Origin: Rhina ancylostomus
Taxonomy: Eukaryota
Reading direction: 5' to 3'
Length of the DNA stretch: 64,000 nucleotides
Assembly: GCA_030265395.1 (NCBI GenBank)
Contig: JARFYF010000054.1
Span: 23,046,169-23,110,168, forward strand
The notes below the pieces were generated by a model that saw only the letters and a program-made list of their open reading frames with translations, was not told where the DNA came from and searched no databases. Position 1 is the first letter of the stretch, and each line of letters opens with the position of its first letter. The position numbers and the translations under genes were made by a program. Positions 28,500 to 41,270 of this stretch are shown piece after piece.

Positions 28500-29720
28500 A
28501 GAGCTGTTACCTTCATCTATCCATTACCTCCTATGTTCTCTGACCTACGTTGATCTTTAGTCCAACAACACCTTGGTTTTAAACTTCTCATCCTTCTTTT
28601 CAGATCCCACTACGGCCATAGCTCTTCCCTATCCCGGTAACCTTCACCACCTCTTCCCGGTAACCTTCACCACCCCTTCCCGGTAACCTTCACCACCCCT
28701 TCCCGGTAACCTTCACCACCCCTTCCCTATCCCGGTAACCTTCACCACCTCTTCCCGGTAACCTTCACCACCCCTTCCCGGTAACCTTCACCACCCCTNN
28801 NNNNNNNNNNNNNNNNNNNNNNNNNNNNNNNNNNNNNNNNNNNNNNNNNNNNNNNNNNNNNNNNNNNNNNNNNNNNNNNNNNNNNNNNNNNNNNNNNNNN
28901 NNNNNNNNNNNNNNNNNNNNNNNNNNNNNNNNNNNNNNNNNNNNNNNNNNNNNNNNNNNNNNNNNNNNNNNNNNNNNNNNNNNNNNNNNNNNNNNNNNNN
29001 NNNNNNNNNNNNNNNNNNNNNNNNNNNNNNNNNNNNNNNNNNNNNNNNNNNNNNNNNNNNNNNNNNNNNNNNNNNNNNNNNNNNNNNNNNNNNNNNNNNN
29101 NNNNNNNNNNNNNNNNNNNNNNNNNNNNNNNNNNNNNNNNNNNNNNNNNNNNNNNNNNNNNNNNNNNNNNNNNNNNNNNNNNNNNNNNNNNNNNNNNNNN
29201 NNNNNNNNNNNNNNNNNNNNNNNNNNNNNNNNNNNNNNNNNNNNNNNNNNNNNNNNNNNNNNNNNNNNTCACCACCTCTTCCCGGTAACCTTCTCCACCC
29301 CTTCCCTATCTCGGTAACCTTCACCACCTCTTCCCGGTAACCTTCACCACCCCTTGCCTATCTCGGTAACCTTCTCCACCCCTTCCCCTTCCCGGTAACC
29401 TTCACCATCTCTTCCCGGTAACCTTCTCCACCCCTTCCCAATCTTGGTAACCTTCACCATCTCTTCCCTATTCTCAGTATCTCCACCTCTACAACCTTCT
29501 TAAGACTCCATCTTCCTCCAGATCTGGTCTCTTGTATATCCCCAGTTGTAATCACCACTGACAGGCATACCTTCAGCAACCTGGGATCAGGGCTCCAGGA
29601 TTCCCTGAGCATACATTTTAATATGTGGCTTGGAGTTGTACTTAATACAATAACTCTCCTATGAAGTACCTTGGAACATTTTTGCTACATTAGAAGTCCT
29701 ATATAAATGCAAATTATTTT
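28500..29720 (+). mobile_element. L2-clade LINE 3' end interrupted by an internal minisatellite
   Basis: 5' flank encodes FKLLILLFRSHYGHSSSL (cf. L2 FKILILVFKSLHGLAPPYL); 3' flank continues ...tctggtctcttg...ccttcagc...ggattccctg and ends in an L2-type ctatataaatgcaa tail. Confidence 0.6.
28622..29470. repeat. ~23/29-bp minisatellite, unit cttcccggtaaccttcaccacc(c/t) with or without ctatc; centre unresolved (N 28799-29268)
   Basis: Directly visible tandem copies on both sides of the gap. Confidence 0.95.
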
Positions 29721-30161
29721 TGTTTTCAAACTCCCTGATTGTCGATCTCTTGATGGACAGTTAAGCTGATGAGAATGCCTTTGTGTTTTTGGAAGGAACT
29801 TGAGCTGAAGCCCACTACAATGACAGATACAGGGCAGAGGAAATCCTGGAAACTTTTAAGTCCAGTTTCTAATTTCGGAGAGAGAGAAGTCATGGTGTGT
29901 GTAAAATTTGCACTTAACAATCTCTGCTTTTGAAGTTTGATCCAGCACAGGTGAAAGGAATTAGGCTAGGTTACAGTGAGTGGTGTTCTGTTTACAAGGT
30001 CCATGTTTGTAGAGAAAGTTGGTTATGCCTGTGTATTATATGTTGAAGTATATAGTGAAGAATTCTGTTCAAGGCATCAAACTGTGTGCTATTCGTCATT
30101 GTATGATAAATAAAACCACTTAATGATTCACACGGTGCCTTAATTTGGTAAGTATGTTTAT

Positions 30162-30502
30162 CCATAAGACCACAAGATATAGGAGTGGAATTAGGCCATT
30201 TGGCCCATCGAGTCGGCTACACCATTCAATCATGGCTGATTTTTAAAAAATCCCATTCTGCCATCTTCTCCCCATAACGCTTAACCTCCTTACCAGTCAA
30301 GAACCGATCAAACTCTGCCTTAAGTACACCCCGTGACTTGGTCTCCACTGCCCTGTGTGGCAATGAATTCCACAGATTCACCACCCTCTGGCTGAAGAAA
30401 TTCCTTCTCATCTCAGTTTTAAAGGGATGTCCCTTTATTCTAAGGCTGTGCCCTCGGACCCTAGACTGATGGAAACGTCCACTCTGTCCAGGCCTTTCAG
30501 AA
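30162..30502 (-). mobile_element. CR1 (HER1-like) LINE 3' end
   Basis: ORF 30226..30411 MRRNFFSQRVVNLWNSLP...FDRFL; tail cataagaccacaagatataggag...aggccatttggcccatcgag. Confidence 0.85.
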
Positions 30503-31931
30503 TCTGACCATTATCCTCAGTAAAAAGAATGATAAAATAAGTAATTTTCACCAAATATCCTGGTTTTTCAGTCCTCCTTCATTGTTCGTTACTTTCAATG
30601 ATGTATAAATTGTAAAAGAACGTGGAAAGTTTGTTTTAATTTGTTTGTTTCACTGATATGAATAGAGACACAGAAACAGTACAGCATCAGAAAGCACAAA
30701 CATGAACAGTTCCTCGTCACTGCAGAAACACTGACCTTGATATTTACAGGGAGGTGGAGATGTTAAAGGTTGCCCCAAGTAGTGAACTCATTAAAACTGC
30801 TAACCTGAACCACCTCATTCCGAATTGTTTTCTCTCTCGTACACTTGGCGAGATTGGGAGCCCTTGTTGGAAGGGCTTTGATGGTGGGCTGTAACAGGGA
30901 AGGGAAGGGAAGGGAGGGTGGAAAGGTCACAGGGATTTAGGAAAGGTTGGAGTTTGGCTAGAAGCATCTGCTCATACCTTGTCACTGGGAAACCTGGCCC
31001 ATTCTTCTGTAGTAAAAATTGAGACATGCAATTTGATATACTGCAAATAATTAAAACTGAAAGTGATGAGATAAAGGTGGGGTGGGAACTAATGTCTGCT
31101 TTTTTGAAATGTTAACCTCTTTTGCCTCTTCTGCATATTTGGGGTGAGTAATTTCCTTCCCTTTTAGCAGCTCTGTAAAGAAATAATGTTGATTTAATGT
31201 TGATTTTTTTTAGTTTATAAAGGGCATGTGTTCAGTCTGGAGAAAGACAAATGTAGGATAATGTCAGGAAAAGAGTCCTGACAAAAGCTGAAGTGTCCGA
31301 TAGGGGATTCTGGCAGAGAATAGAAATAAAAAAAAGTACAATGCGCTGTGGCATTTAAGTCAACCATCTTGTATGGTAAGCTAAGAGCAGTTGAATATTT
31401 ATTCTCAACTTGTGATCAAACAAACCGGCACCAGTAAGTTAGGCTGTGACCCTGAAAGGAGAGGGGTTGGGAGAGGTAACAATAAATGTTTAAGTGAATA
31501 TTTACTGATAATTCCAACTAATCTGGTTTAACAAAGCTGAGTTTTATTTTGAACAGGACCTCTTCCCAATATGCTGTATTTACCAAAATACTTCTAAGCA
31601 TCGGGAAGTAAAATAAAATGAGTTAAAAGCTCAGTTTTTCTGTTCAATCAGATTTTAGTAGAGAAGGGGGTCACATTTTAGAACTGTTTGTGGCATTCAA
31701 AAAGGATCCAATCCAATGGAGATATGCCTGAAGAGTTCTCCATACCTAAAATTATTAACGAACAGAAGGTCAAACAATTGTATAAAAATTTGATGATTAT
31801 ATTTTCTAATAATGTTTCATCTAAAAGTAAAATGTTAACATTTTAAATTACTGACTAATGANNNNNNNNNNCAATGATTGTTATGCTTTGACTGACAAGC
31901 GTGTAACTGAGCTGTCACTCTTTATTTGCAG

Positions 31932-31961
31932 TTGACAGATCCATTCAGACCAATGCTGAGG
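31932..31961 (+). CDS. AUTS2: AUTS2 exon 13, 30 nt
   Basis: tttatttgcag|LTDPFRPMLR|gtaaga. Confidence 0.95.
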
Positions 31962-32803
31962 GTAAGAATCTTTCCTCTGGAATTATAATCCATCTGTTTG
32001 TCCCCTCTGGGAGTGAAAGATAAATGAATGATTGAGAAATTATTGCTGGAAATTAGATCACAAAGCCCTGTTTATTTCAGAATTCAGTGATTGAAAACAG
32101 AGTGAAGTGTGACAGTGACTATTTTCAGATCATTTCATGATGGTCCAGAAATTCAGCTGGCCACCTCGCCTGCTGAGTCTGATGTGATTTCTGCTAGAAT
32201 TGCACATCAGGTTAAATCACACCCTAAAGAGAAGAACTGATTGTTGCAGTTGGTATGGATAGTTAGGGTTTCATAGCAGAGCAGTAATGCACTCGATTGT
32301 AATTTGCATTTCTTTAAAGAAGTTTGAATGAGATTTCTCAGGTATTTCCAAAACATGAGTGAGTGCTGTTCAGTGCTTTTGGAAGGGAGGTGGAGGTGTG
32401 GGTAAAGGAATTGAAACCCGGATCCCACGATGTTTATGAACAAAATGGGGGGAATCTGTGGAATGGGAATGTCAACAAGCTGCAAATAGGAAGACTGACT
32501 GGAAGTGGGCAAATCAGGACATCAGTGATTTGGTTGTTGATATAGTTAGGTGAGATGTCCAGTCCATTTTAAAAGGTTCATGGGTTCGCAGTGTGTAACC
32601 TAGAGTTTTGTCGATTTTATATGTAGTGGGCAGATTGTATTGCGTAACAGTAGCAACCAACATTAGCAGCCATTAGGATGGATTTTTAAACATTTATCAA
32701 AGGAGTCTATGGGTGTGGACCTCTCTTGGTAGTCTAAGCCAAAAGTTACAATTTTATAAAATATTACACTTTGTTATCATTATACTTTTATAAAGGAAGT
32801 TGA

Positions 32804-32929
<126 letters not shown>

Positions 32930-34009
32930 TAAGTTCCCTTATGAGTGCTACCCTAATCGCCTTGTATTTACCACTCACACCACAGGGAGGAGTGAATGTT
33001 TTAAACCACAAAGTCAAGCAACGTACAAAGCCAACTTAATTCTAATGGCTTTCCTGCAATGGTGTCATTGTCCGTCTACTTCCTTTGTGTATCTTTTTAT
33101 TGTTATCATTATACTTTTATATAGTAACACTTCCCCAGTTGTTTCAGAGCTTTCTTCCAATGGTGTATTGGGATTTGTTGGAAGGACACTGGAAGGCAAT
33201 AATTTGTGGTCCATTATTGGGAAGTTCCAAACACACTGTGTAATACTTAATGCTCTTGATGTTCTTGACATCCACACTCCCTGCTGCAGTTGATCAAATC
33301 TTTCATCACTTCTCTCCCACTTCCCACTGCTGAACATCACAGGAATCCCAGTCTAGGCCGATGGATTGAATGTCACTTTTGCTTGCGGGCCACAGGGAAT
33401 TGTATGAAATGAGTTTGGATCAATCTCGACCCAATCTGTGGTGGCCATGAATTTATGGAAGAAACTCATCGTGACACCAAACTGAATTTTCAATGAGATT
33501 CTAGAATCATTAATGTGGGAAATCAGGCAGTGTTAGGGTGAGGCATCGTGTACCTCGGTTCAGGTGCATTGCAGGTTCAAGTAAGGGGGGATTTATTCTG
33601 CATTTACTGTGCTTTGGAGTGCACAAATAGTGCTTAAAGTGGGAGAAGTCTGATCTTGGTCTTTCTCTCCCTAACCCCAATGCTAGCTTATACTCAACCA
33701 TGCTGGTGATTCACAATTCTGGCAATTAGTGTCTATGAATTTAATGGTGTCAGACTTGGACACATTGCACCAAGACCCCCAGCAGTGGAAAACTGTGAGC
33801 ACTACAGGTTCCAACCAAAGTAAATGATAAACAAAATACAGTCCTCTGAAGGTAGAAAGAAAATGACACCAAGAAAATTATCCTGTGCCCACTTTCAGTT
33901 TAATGCTGAAGTTAGAGCCTCATCCCAATATGGGACTATAGTGTTTATTCCACATCCTGTTTGCTCCCCTTCTAAGTTATGGAAGATGCTTTTAGAGATT
34001 TGCCTAAGC

Positions 34010-34190
34010 TGATGATCCAGAGACATGAGTTCAAATACTATTTGGATTCTGGAATAGGGAGCTACCATCAGCATTACTAAACAGATGATTACTGAATTAT
34101 CCTAAAATCCCAAAGATGTTTCCGTATTTTAGGGAAGGAAATCTGTTTACCTTACTTGGTCTGGCCTCTGATTCCAGACTCACAGCTGTG
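34010..34190 (+). mobile_element. Decayed SINE; related copy near 51560-51790
   Basis: ccagagacatgagttcaaat (B-box-like) ... tttagggaaggaaatctg...cttacttggtctggcct...tccagactcacagc. Confidence 0.45.
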
Positions 34191-34739
34191 CTTCCCCACA
34201 CCCCTCCACAGGAAGTGAACCCTTCCTTGGACTCTACTGCTGACAGTTCAAAATTCAATCTTTGTAAAAAAAAATACAGGTTACGGTAGGGTTCTGTTTC
34301 TGTGAACTGTTTGTAACCCGAAATGCAGGTGAGAACCAAGTTCCCACACGGCAGAAGATGCCTGAAGCCCCACAGCAACCGGCAAATCCGTCCCACCGGC
34401 CTCCCAAATGCTTGTTTGTAAATGGGGCCATACATAAATTGAGCATTCGTAAGCTGGGGAGGCTCCATGTGCTGAATTAACCAGAATTAAAGTAAAATAA
34501 GCTTTATTACTTAAAAATTAGATGATTTAAGCAACTTTGAATTACAGTTAGATGGTACACATGAGTTGGTGGTGAGTGAACTGTGTTGTTTGTTGAGTAC
34601 TCTTTAAAACTTTGTGTGCAAGAATTTGTTCAAATTGCATCTGTCACTCTCCCCACTGAGGTACAGATGGGGAAGGCTTTTAAAACGAAGACTGAACAAG
34701 GAGGAAAGTAAAAGGCAGTTTTGTGTTTGCCTCTTGCAG

Positions 34740-34881
34740 CAACAGATACAGTCAGATCCACACAAACTTGACTTCGGCCTGAAACCCGAGTTCCTGAGCA
34801 GACCACCAGGTCCCAACATGTTCGGAGCTATCCACCACCCCCATGAGCTGGCTCGGCCTGCGACCCTCTTCTCCACTGCTG
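34740..34881 (+). CDS. AUTS2: AUTS2 exon 15, 142 nt
   Basis: gcctcttgcag|[48 protein letters not shown]|gtaagg. Confidence 0.96.
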
Positions 34882-35007
34882 GTAAGGAAGAGCTGTTAAT
34901 TGTGTAATTGTCTTCTCAGGGATCACAAGCTGCCAATGTCTGCTGTTTCTAGGTGGCCTGCAAGCCATGAACACCCTGTGGCACCCACAGTCCTGTTATC
35001 TGCACAA

Positions 35008-35026
35008 TTACCACTAGATGGCACCA
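35008..35026 (+). promoter_or_regulatory. CTCF-like binding site in intron 15
   Basis: ttaCCACTAGATGGCAcca matches the CTCF core CCAC(C/T)AG(G/A)(T/G)GGC(A/G); tgca lies a few nt upstream. Confidence 0.5.
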
Positions 35027-35090
35027 TGGGCATTCAGCACAGAGTGCAGTCCCTTGAATTCTCCAGTCTGATCCTGTGAAGAGAACAGTT

Positions 35091-35230
35091 AAGACAAGAT
35101 ATCTTCACTAGTCACATGTACATCGAGACACACAGTGAAATGCATCTTTTGCGTAGTGTGTCCTGGGGGCAGCCCCCAAGTGTCGCCACGCTTCCGGCGC
35201 CAAGATAGCATGCCCACAACTTCCTAACCC
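35091..35230 (-). mobile_element. Young-looking, 5'-truncated batoid-type SINE 3' end
   Basis: aagacaagatatct...gtcacatgtacatcgagacacacagtgaaatgcatc...gtgtcgccacgcttccggcgcc; CpGs retained, unlike the flanks. Confidence 0.55.
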
Positions 35231-36294
35231 AAACTTACAAGTGATACCACTCCTTCCAAGTTTATTTATAACTATATTGTTACATTTAAAACTATTCACT
35301 TTTTGACATGCCTGCATCTGTAAAGAAAACCTTATGTTTATAGAGCATATTAAACAGCATCACGGCCAAATATTTTTGAAATGAAATCATTGCTGTATGA
35401 AATGCTGCACACACAAAGAATCTGTTTATAGGGATAAATTTGGGCAGGGCAGAAGATTAACTTCCCTCGTTGTTCCAACTAGCAGCATTTATATAAGAAA
35501 ATATAATTTCAATGCTTCGTCCACAAGTCACCACTTCCAACATTATCACACTTCCTACATCATTGCACACTCTGACGTTAGCTAGACTGCCAACTGAATG
35601 TGGGATGAGGTGCTTGACCCCGCAACCTTCCATGTAATAAGAGTGCTCCCACCCAAAATCACAGTTGATACCAACAACAAATGGGCTGAATGCTCGACTG
35701 GTCAGGTGGGTTAAGCAAAGAAAAATTCTAATGGCGTCTGCACTTAAAAATTTTTTTTTGGATCGTGTTTTGGGATGTTCTGAAATATCGGAAGGTGTTT
35801 AAATAAATACAAGTTTTCCTCTTAAAACGTAGACAAGACTGTCTTTGAATCATGGCTGTTCTTTTCCTGTCAACTTGGCTTCTTCGCCCCTGGAATCTGG
35901 TACTACTGTGGGCTTTTTCATAAGCATGTTAAAGACTAAATACACCTGTGCTCATCCTTTGGTAAAGACTATCAGAAAGGAGTCTCAAAGTCCCAATATT
36001 TTGGAGCAAAACTCATGAAGCTGTGTTTATCTCTCCTTTTTCTTGGACTGTCTGTCTGTTCTCCCTTTTTCTCCCTCTTCTTTTGAATCTATCCGTCTGT
36101 CTTTCCTGCTCCCTACACTGAAATCTGTTTCTCTGTCTGCTGCTTGTCGGCCATTTCTCATTCCCTTTAATGTCCAAGTGCCTTTTTGTCAAAATGGATT
36201 ACACAGACAAGCAGATGATTTCCACAAAAATGTTTCCCAAGGGAAGGTGGGATACTCTACTATCCTGGACGCAGATACAACAAGTAGTTAGGAA

Positions 36295-36855
36295 TGCAAG
36301 TTGAACGTTGGCCTTTATAGCAACGGAGATAGAGCATAAAAGTATGGAAGTCTTGCTACAACCGTATGGGCATTGATGAAACCGCTCATAGAGTACTGTG
36401 TAGCTTTGATCTCTTTATTTAAGGATGAATATGCTTGTATTGGAGGCAGGGTAACGAAGGCTCACGGGGCTGATTTCCAGAATAGAGGGTTTGTCTTACA
36501 AAAAGAGGTTGAGGAGGTTGGGCCTGTACTTGCCAAAGATTTGAAATGTAAGATAAGATCTTATTGGGTGAATACACTTGTAGGGAAATTTCGAACCAAG
36601 GGATTCAGTTTCAAACAAGGGGTCAACCATTTAAGATGAAGACGAGGAGAAATTTCTTCTCAGGGAGAACTGTGGATCTTTGGGGGCCAAGTCAAGGCTG
36701 AGATAGAAAGGTTTTTTTAAGGGAGTCAAGAATTCCAGGGAATAAGTACGAAGTGGAGCTGAAGCCACAGTCAGATCAACTACAATCTTATTAACAAGTG
36801 AAGCAGGCTTGAGAAGCCATGAAGCCTGATTCTATTTCTGTTTCTTATGTTCTCC
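36295..36855 (+). mobile_element. Degenerate CR1 LINE 3' portion
   Basis: LAFI..IE.KSMEVLLQ.Y.AL.KP.IEYC and RRNFFS remnants; ends in ctatttctgtttcttatgttc. Confidence 0.7.
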
Positions 36856-37098
36856 TGGATCGATCCTGCAATTAAACTCACAGTTTGGTATTAGATAATG
36901 TAGATTGTGCTTAGAGGTAACTATAATGCAATGCACTCAGTCTCCATTACATCTTTGGGAAGCGACTGTTTACGCTGTGCTTTATTTCACAAAGTGGTTC
37001 TACAAGCCAAGTGCAGAGTGATGCAGTTTGAAAGGTTTAAGTGCAAGTGCTTCCCTGGAGGAACTTGGCGGAAAGCTAACCATGCTGTTTGTTTGTAG

Positions 37099-37176
37099 GC
37101 ACCACGCATCCGACTGGAAATCCCTTCGGACCTTCGCCTCATCACAACAGCTTCCTGAGTCCGGCTGCTCACTTAG
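37099..37176 (+). CDS. AUTS2: AUTS2 exon 16, 78 nt
   Basis: gtttgtttgtag|(G)[25 protein letters not shown]|gtaatc. Confidence 0.94.
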
Positions 37177-37964
37177 GTAATCATGGCACGGCCAGTCCGT
37201 GGGGAACTCTTGGGTAACCAGTTCACTGACAGAAGCAATTCCCAGCAAGTTAGCAAATGAAGCCATGCCCGCCCCGCCAAAGTGTGCTTCGGGTTACAAG
37301 GTCCACATTTGGTGCAGCTGGTTCTGTGGGTCTTGCTGAATGTATATTGTAAAATAATAATTCACTATTTAAGGGTATGGTTCCATGAAAATCTCAGACT
37401 GCATTTAAATACACCTTTCTATCAATTGCTCATCAGTGGACAGCAACCCACAAAGATAGATAAATTGACTTACACTGTTACAGATAGAAAATGACATTTT
37501 AAAAATGTATTTTCATGTACCTCAGCCCTCTCATGACAGCTCAAAATATTTATAGACATAAAGTCACAGAATGAACCTTGCCAAATATTCCATCATAGTG
37601 ATTTACTCACGTTTATATTGAAAAATGGTGGTGTGGCAAGGTGGGATCTGTGATGATGGCCTGCAGTGGCATGGAGTGTCAGGCGATGGCGCTGTTGAGA
37701 CCATGGTGTTCAGTCAGCGGGTGTTGCTGCTTTGGCAATTACAACAAACATTTCGACAAGCATTTGAGGAACGAGGCATCTGGAGGGAGTGTGGGGTGGG
37801 GATACAGGTGAGAGGATTGGCGGAGGTTTTCTTATGGCTGAAGACATTCTTCCTTTTAAAGTTAGAAAAAAGTCCTTGGCAATTTTGAGAAAATTTCAGC
37901 TGGCTGCCCAGTGACATTTGCTTTCCTCACACATTTTACAGAGTGTGATTGCTAGCAATATTTT

Positions 37965-38370
37965 ACACATCACTAATTGCCCCTGAGAAAGTGGCAGTGA
38001 GCTGACACCCTGAAACCACTGCGAACTTATCTGGCAAAGATATTCCCATCATAGNNNNNNNNNNNNNGTTCCAGGATGTTTGGATCCAGTGATGATAACG
38101 AAACAGCAATAAATGGCCGAATCAGGATGTCGTGCAAGTTAGAAGGGAACCTGTAGGTGGTGATATTCCCATGCACCTTGTCCATCTTGTTGGTAGAGGT
38201 TATGGGTTTGGGAGGTGCTGTGGAGTGGTCTAGGTAATTGTGGTGTGTACGTTTTAGTTACGGTACACACTGCAGCACTGCACAGCAACAGCAGAGCAGT
38301 GAACATGTAGGATGGTGGATGAGGTGTCGATCGAGAGGGCTGTTCATGCTGGATGGAGCTTTTTGAGTAG
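37965..38370 (-). mobile_element. LINE 3' fragment, inverse of the family at 39390-39810
   Basis: agaagggaacctgtaggtggtgatattcccatg mirrors catgggaacaccaccagttgtaggttcccctctga. Confidence 0.6.
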
Positions 38371-38959
38371 AGAAGCCTGAGGGGTACTGTGGAACTGATG
38401 CAGAAAGCACAGCAGGCTAGATTTGTCAGTCTGTCATGCTGGAGATTGTATCACGTGACTTTGTCCCACCAATCGCCCTTCCTACCACAGAGCAATGCTT
38501 TCAACAGTCAATTAGAAAGGGAACAGGCATTTTTTATCATGTAACCCACCTATTGCTTGCCAGCTCCTTTCTCACCCCTCCCCCTCACCTCCTTGTATTT
38601 GGCTATCTCCCCTCTACATTCTCAGTCCTGATGCAGGGCCCTGACCCAAAATGTCTACTTATCCCTTTGCCTGCACAGATGCTGCCTGAGCTGCTGAATT
38701 CCTGCAGCAGTTTGTTTTGTTTTGCTCCGGTTGCCAGCATCTGCAGTCTCTTGTGACTCTTTATCCAGTGACTGGATGAGATATGGCTGTGTCAAAACAC
38801 CACTATCGCCCACTGCAATACTGTTATAAGTAGTAAGCAAAGAGTGTTGAAATAACGCTATTTTCTGAATGTTACTTGATACTTTTGCCTGATATGCTCC
38901 CTGAGGTGTTCAGAGATTACTCCTCATTTCCAGCGAGCTTTCCTTTGGAGCAGGGAAAT

Positions 38960-41270
38960 GTGAAAGGCTAAATGGAGACTCACATAGTTGCAAATCCCGT
39001 GGTTTAGAGTGGAGCTGTTCTGGCCTAGGAAGACCATGCAGTCATCCTGAGCATCTCCATGGCAACAAGAAATTCAGTATTTCCGAGAACCTCGGGTGAG
39101 ATACTGAGACCGTGCTCCAGCACATGGTGGAGCACGATCATCATGATATATGGGATAGCTTCAGAAGAGAACTAACAATTCAAAACTGAATATCTCTGAC
39201 ATTCTATGGACCATTAGCAGCAGTAGAATTGTGTTCCACCACAGTCTGTAACCTCAGAGCCCACAAACTGACCATCTCTGGCAAAGGAAAATCTAACCAA
39301 CATATTCAATGCCATTGGCATCACCATACACCTGCACATCAACATAATAGAAGGTCACATTTGACTAGAAGCTCAACTGAACCAGCCAAATAAATTCCAA
39401 ATGAGAAGGTGAGAGGTTGGGTATCCTGTCGGGAGAGGCTCACTTCCTGACGTCCCAAGCCCTTTCCACCATCTGCAAGGCATGTCGAGAGCATGATGGA
39501 ATACTCCCCGCTTCTCTGATAGCACCTCCCGCGATCTCTACCGCCAACAATGATGAGAGCTTCATGGGAACACCACCAGTTGTAGGTTCCCCTCTGAGCC
39601 ACACACCATTCGTGACCTGGAAATATATCGCCTTTCCTTCCAGTTTGCCGATTCTAAATCCTGGAATACCCTACACAACAGCATTGTGAGAATAGCTCAA
39701 CCAGAAGGACTGCAGTGGCTCAGGAAGGTGGCTCACTACCACTCTCTCTAGCACAGTCATGGGTGGATTCTAGATTTTAGCCTTGCCAGTGATGCCAAGG
39801 TCCCAACAAACAAACAAATCCGTGACTTCATCACTAAAGCATGCATTGAACCCAAGTGCAATGAAGAGAGCAGAAAGACACCAGCAGGAGCAGCAAAGGG
39901 ACCTGGAAATGATGCAGGTCGTCCTGGTGAAGCTATAACAGTGGGCTCAATGTGTCCTAAATTATAAAGCACCATGTAATAGGCAGAGTGAAGTAACAAT
40001 CCACCCCACTCCCCCAGTCCATGGTTCAAATGCACATAAGCCACTGATGATGGGACAGTGAATGGGAGGAAGAGGGTCCACAAACATCCTCATCAATAGC
40101 GGAGCCTAGCAACTGATGGACTGGGCCTCTCGCAGTCCTATCAAGTGATAGTTACTCTCCAGTGACCTGCTCACTGATGATGTGCCTGAACCAGTCAGTT
40201 TCAGACATAATCACGGCTTTTCTCCAAACACAGAACAGAGCTGAGGAAAGATTGAGGGTGGAATGACTGTTTTTGACATCACAGCAACATCTGACATGAG
40301 TGTGGCATTGAGCAGCCCCGATAAAGCTGAAGCCAATGGACGTCAAGAACAAAACTCTGCATTGGAAGATGGTTGTGGTTGTTGGTGGTCAATCATCTCA
40401 GCCCAGGAGTTTCAGCCACCTTCAGCGGCTTCAAGAATGATTATCTCTCCATCACAAGATCAGAAATGGAGATGCTTGCTGAGAATGCAAATTGTTCAAT
40501 TGCACCCTCTTTTATTATACCAAAGCAGTCTCTCCCTCTTTGCAGCAAGACCTGGACAACATTCAGACTTAGGTTGCTAAATGGTAAGTGAGGTTTGTGC
40601 CACATTAGTGGGAGGAGGTGATGGCTTCCAACATTCTCATGTTCACCTTCTCTTGATGTTGAACACTGTCGCTGTCATAAATGCCCCAGCATCAGTTAAG
40701 TCGTCATTGTCCAGTAACCCAACTAGATCATCCAGATGCCTGAAGCCACATGAGCTTGTCAAGAGCTGAGATCTTGTGATAAATGACTCAACTCATGACC
40801 TTTCCAGTATCTAGAGGGTACAAGACAGGAAGGTGAAGGAATGCACTGTATGTGTATAGATGAGTACATCTCCTGGTAGTTTGACACCATTCAGCAAAAT
40901 AGGCCTGCTTGATCAGCACCGAATCTATCCATCCCAAACACCAATCAAGGGAGCACATGGCTGCAGTATGTACCATCTACAAGATCTCGCAACAATTTGA
41001 CAGCACCTCTCAAGCAGTGGTCTCTACCGTGAGAAAGGACAAAGCCATCAGAGCATCACCACCTTCGAGTCACACGCCATTCTGACTCGGGCTTTTATTG
41101 CTACTCCCTCGTCATCAGATGGACTTGTCGAGCCAACATCACTGAGCGAGTACCTTTACCACACAGCCTGCAACAGTGCAAGGTTCAGGAAAACTAACTT
41201 CCCACAAACTTCTTGTGGGTAATTAGAGGTGGGCATTAAAAGCTAGTCTTACTGGTGGCACCCAAATCTA
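38960..41270 (+). mobile_element. Two tandem decayed LINE pieces (CR1/L2-group RT C-terminus)
   Basis: Frameshifted RLGIL...AHFLTSQALSTICKA...MMEYSP remnant at ~39415-39510; second similar copy at ~40550-41270. Confidence 0.55.

Noticed and set aside
28622-29470. CRISPR-like appearance of regular ~23-29 bp repeats
   Set aside because: No unique spacers, no cas genes, vertebrate intron; it is a minisatellite
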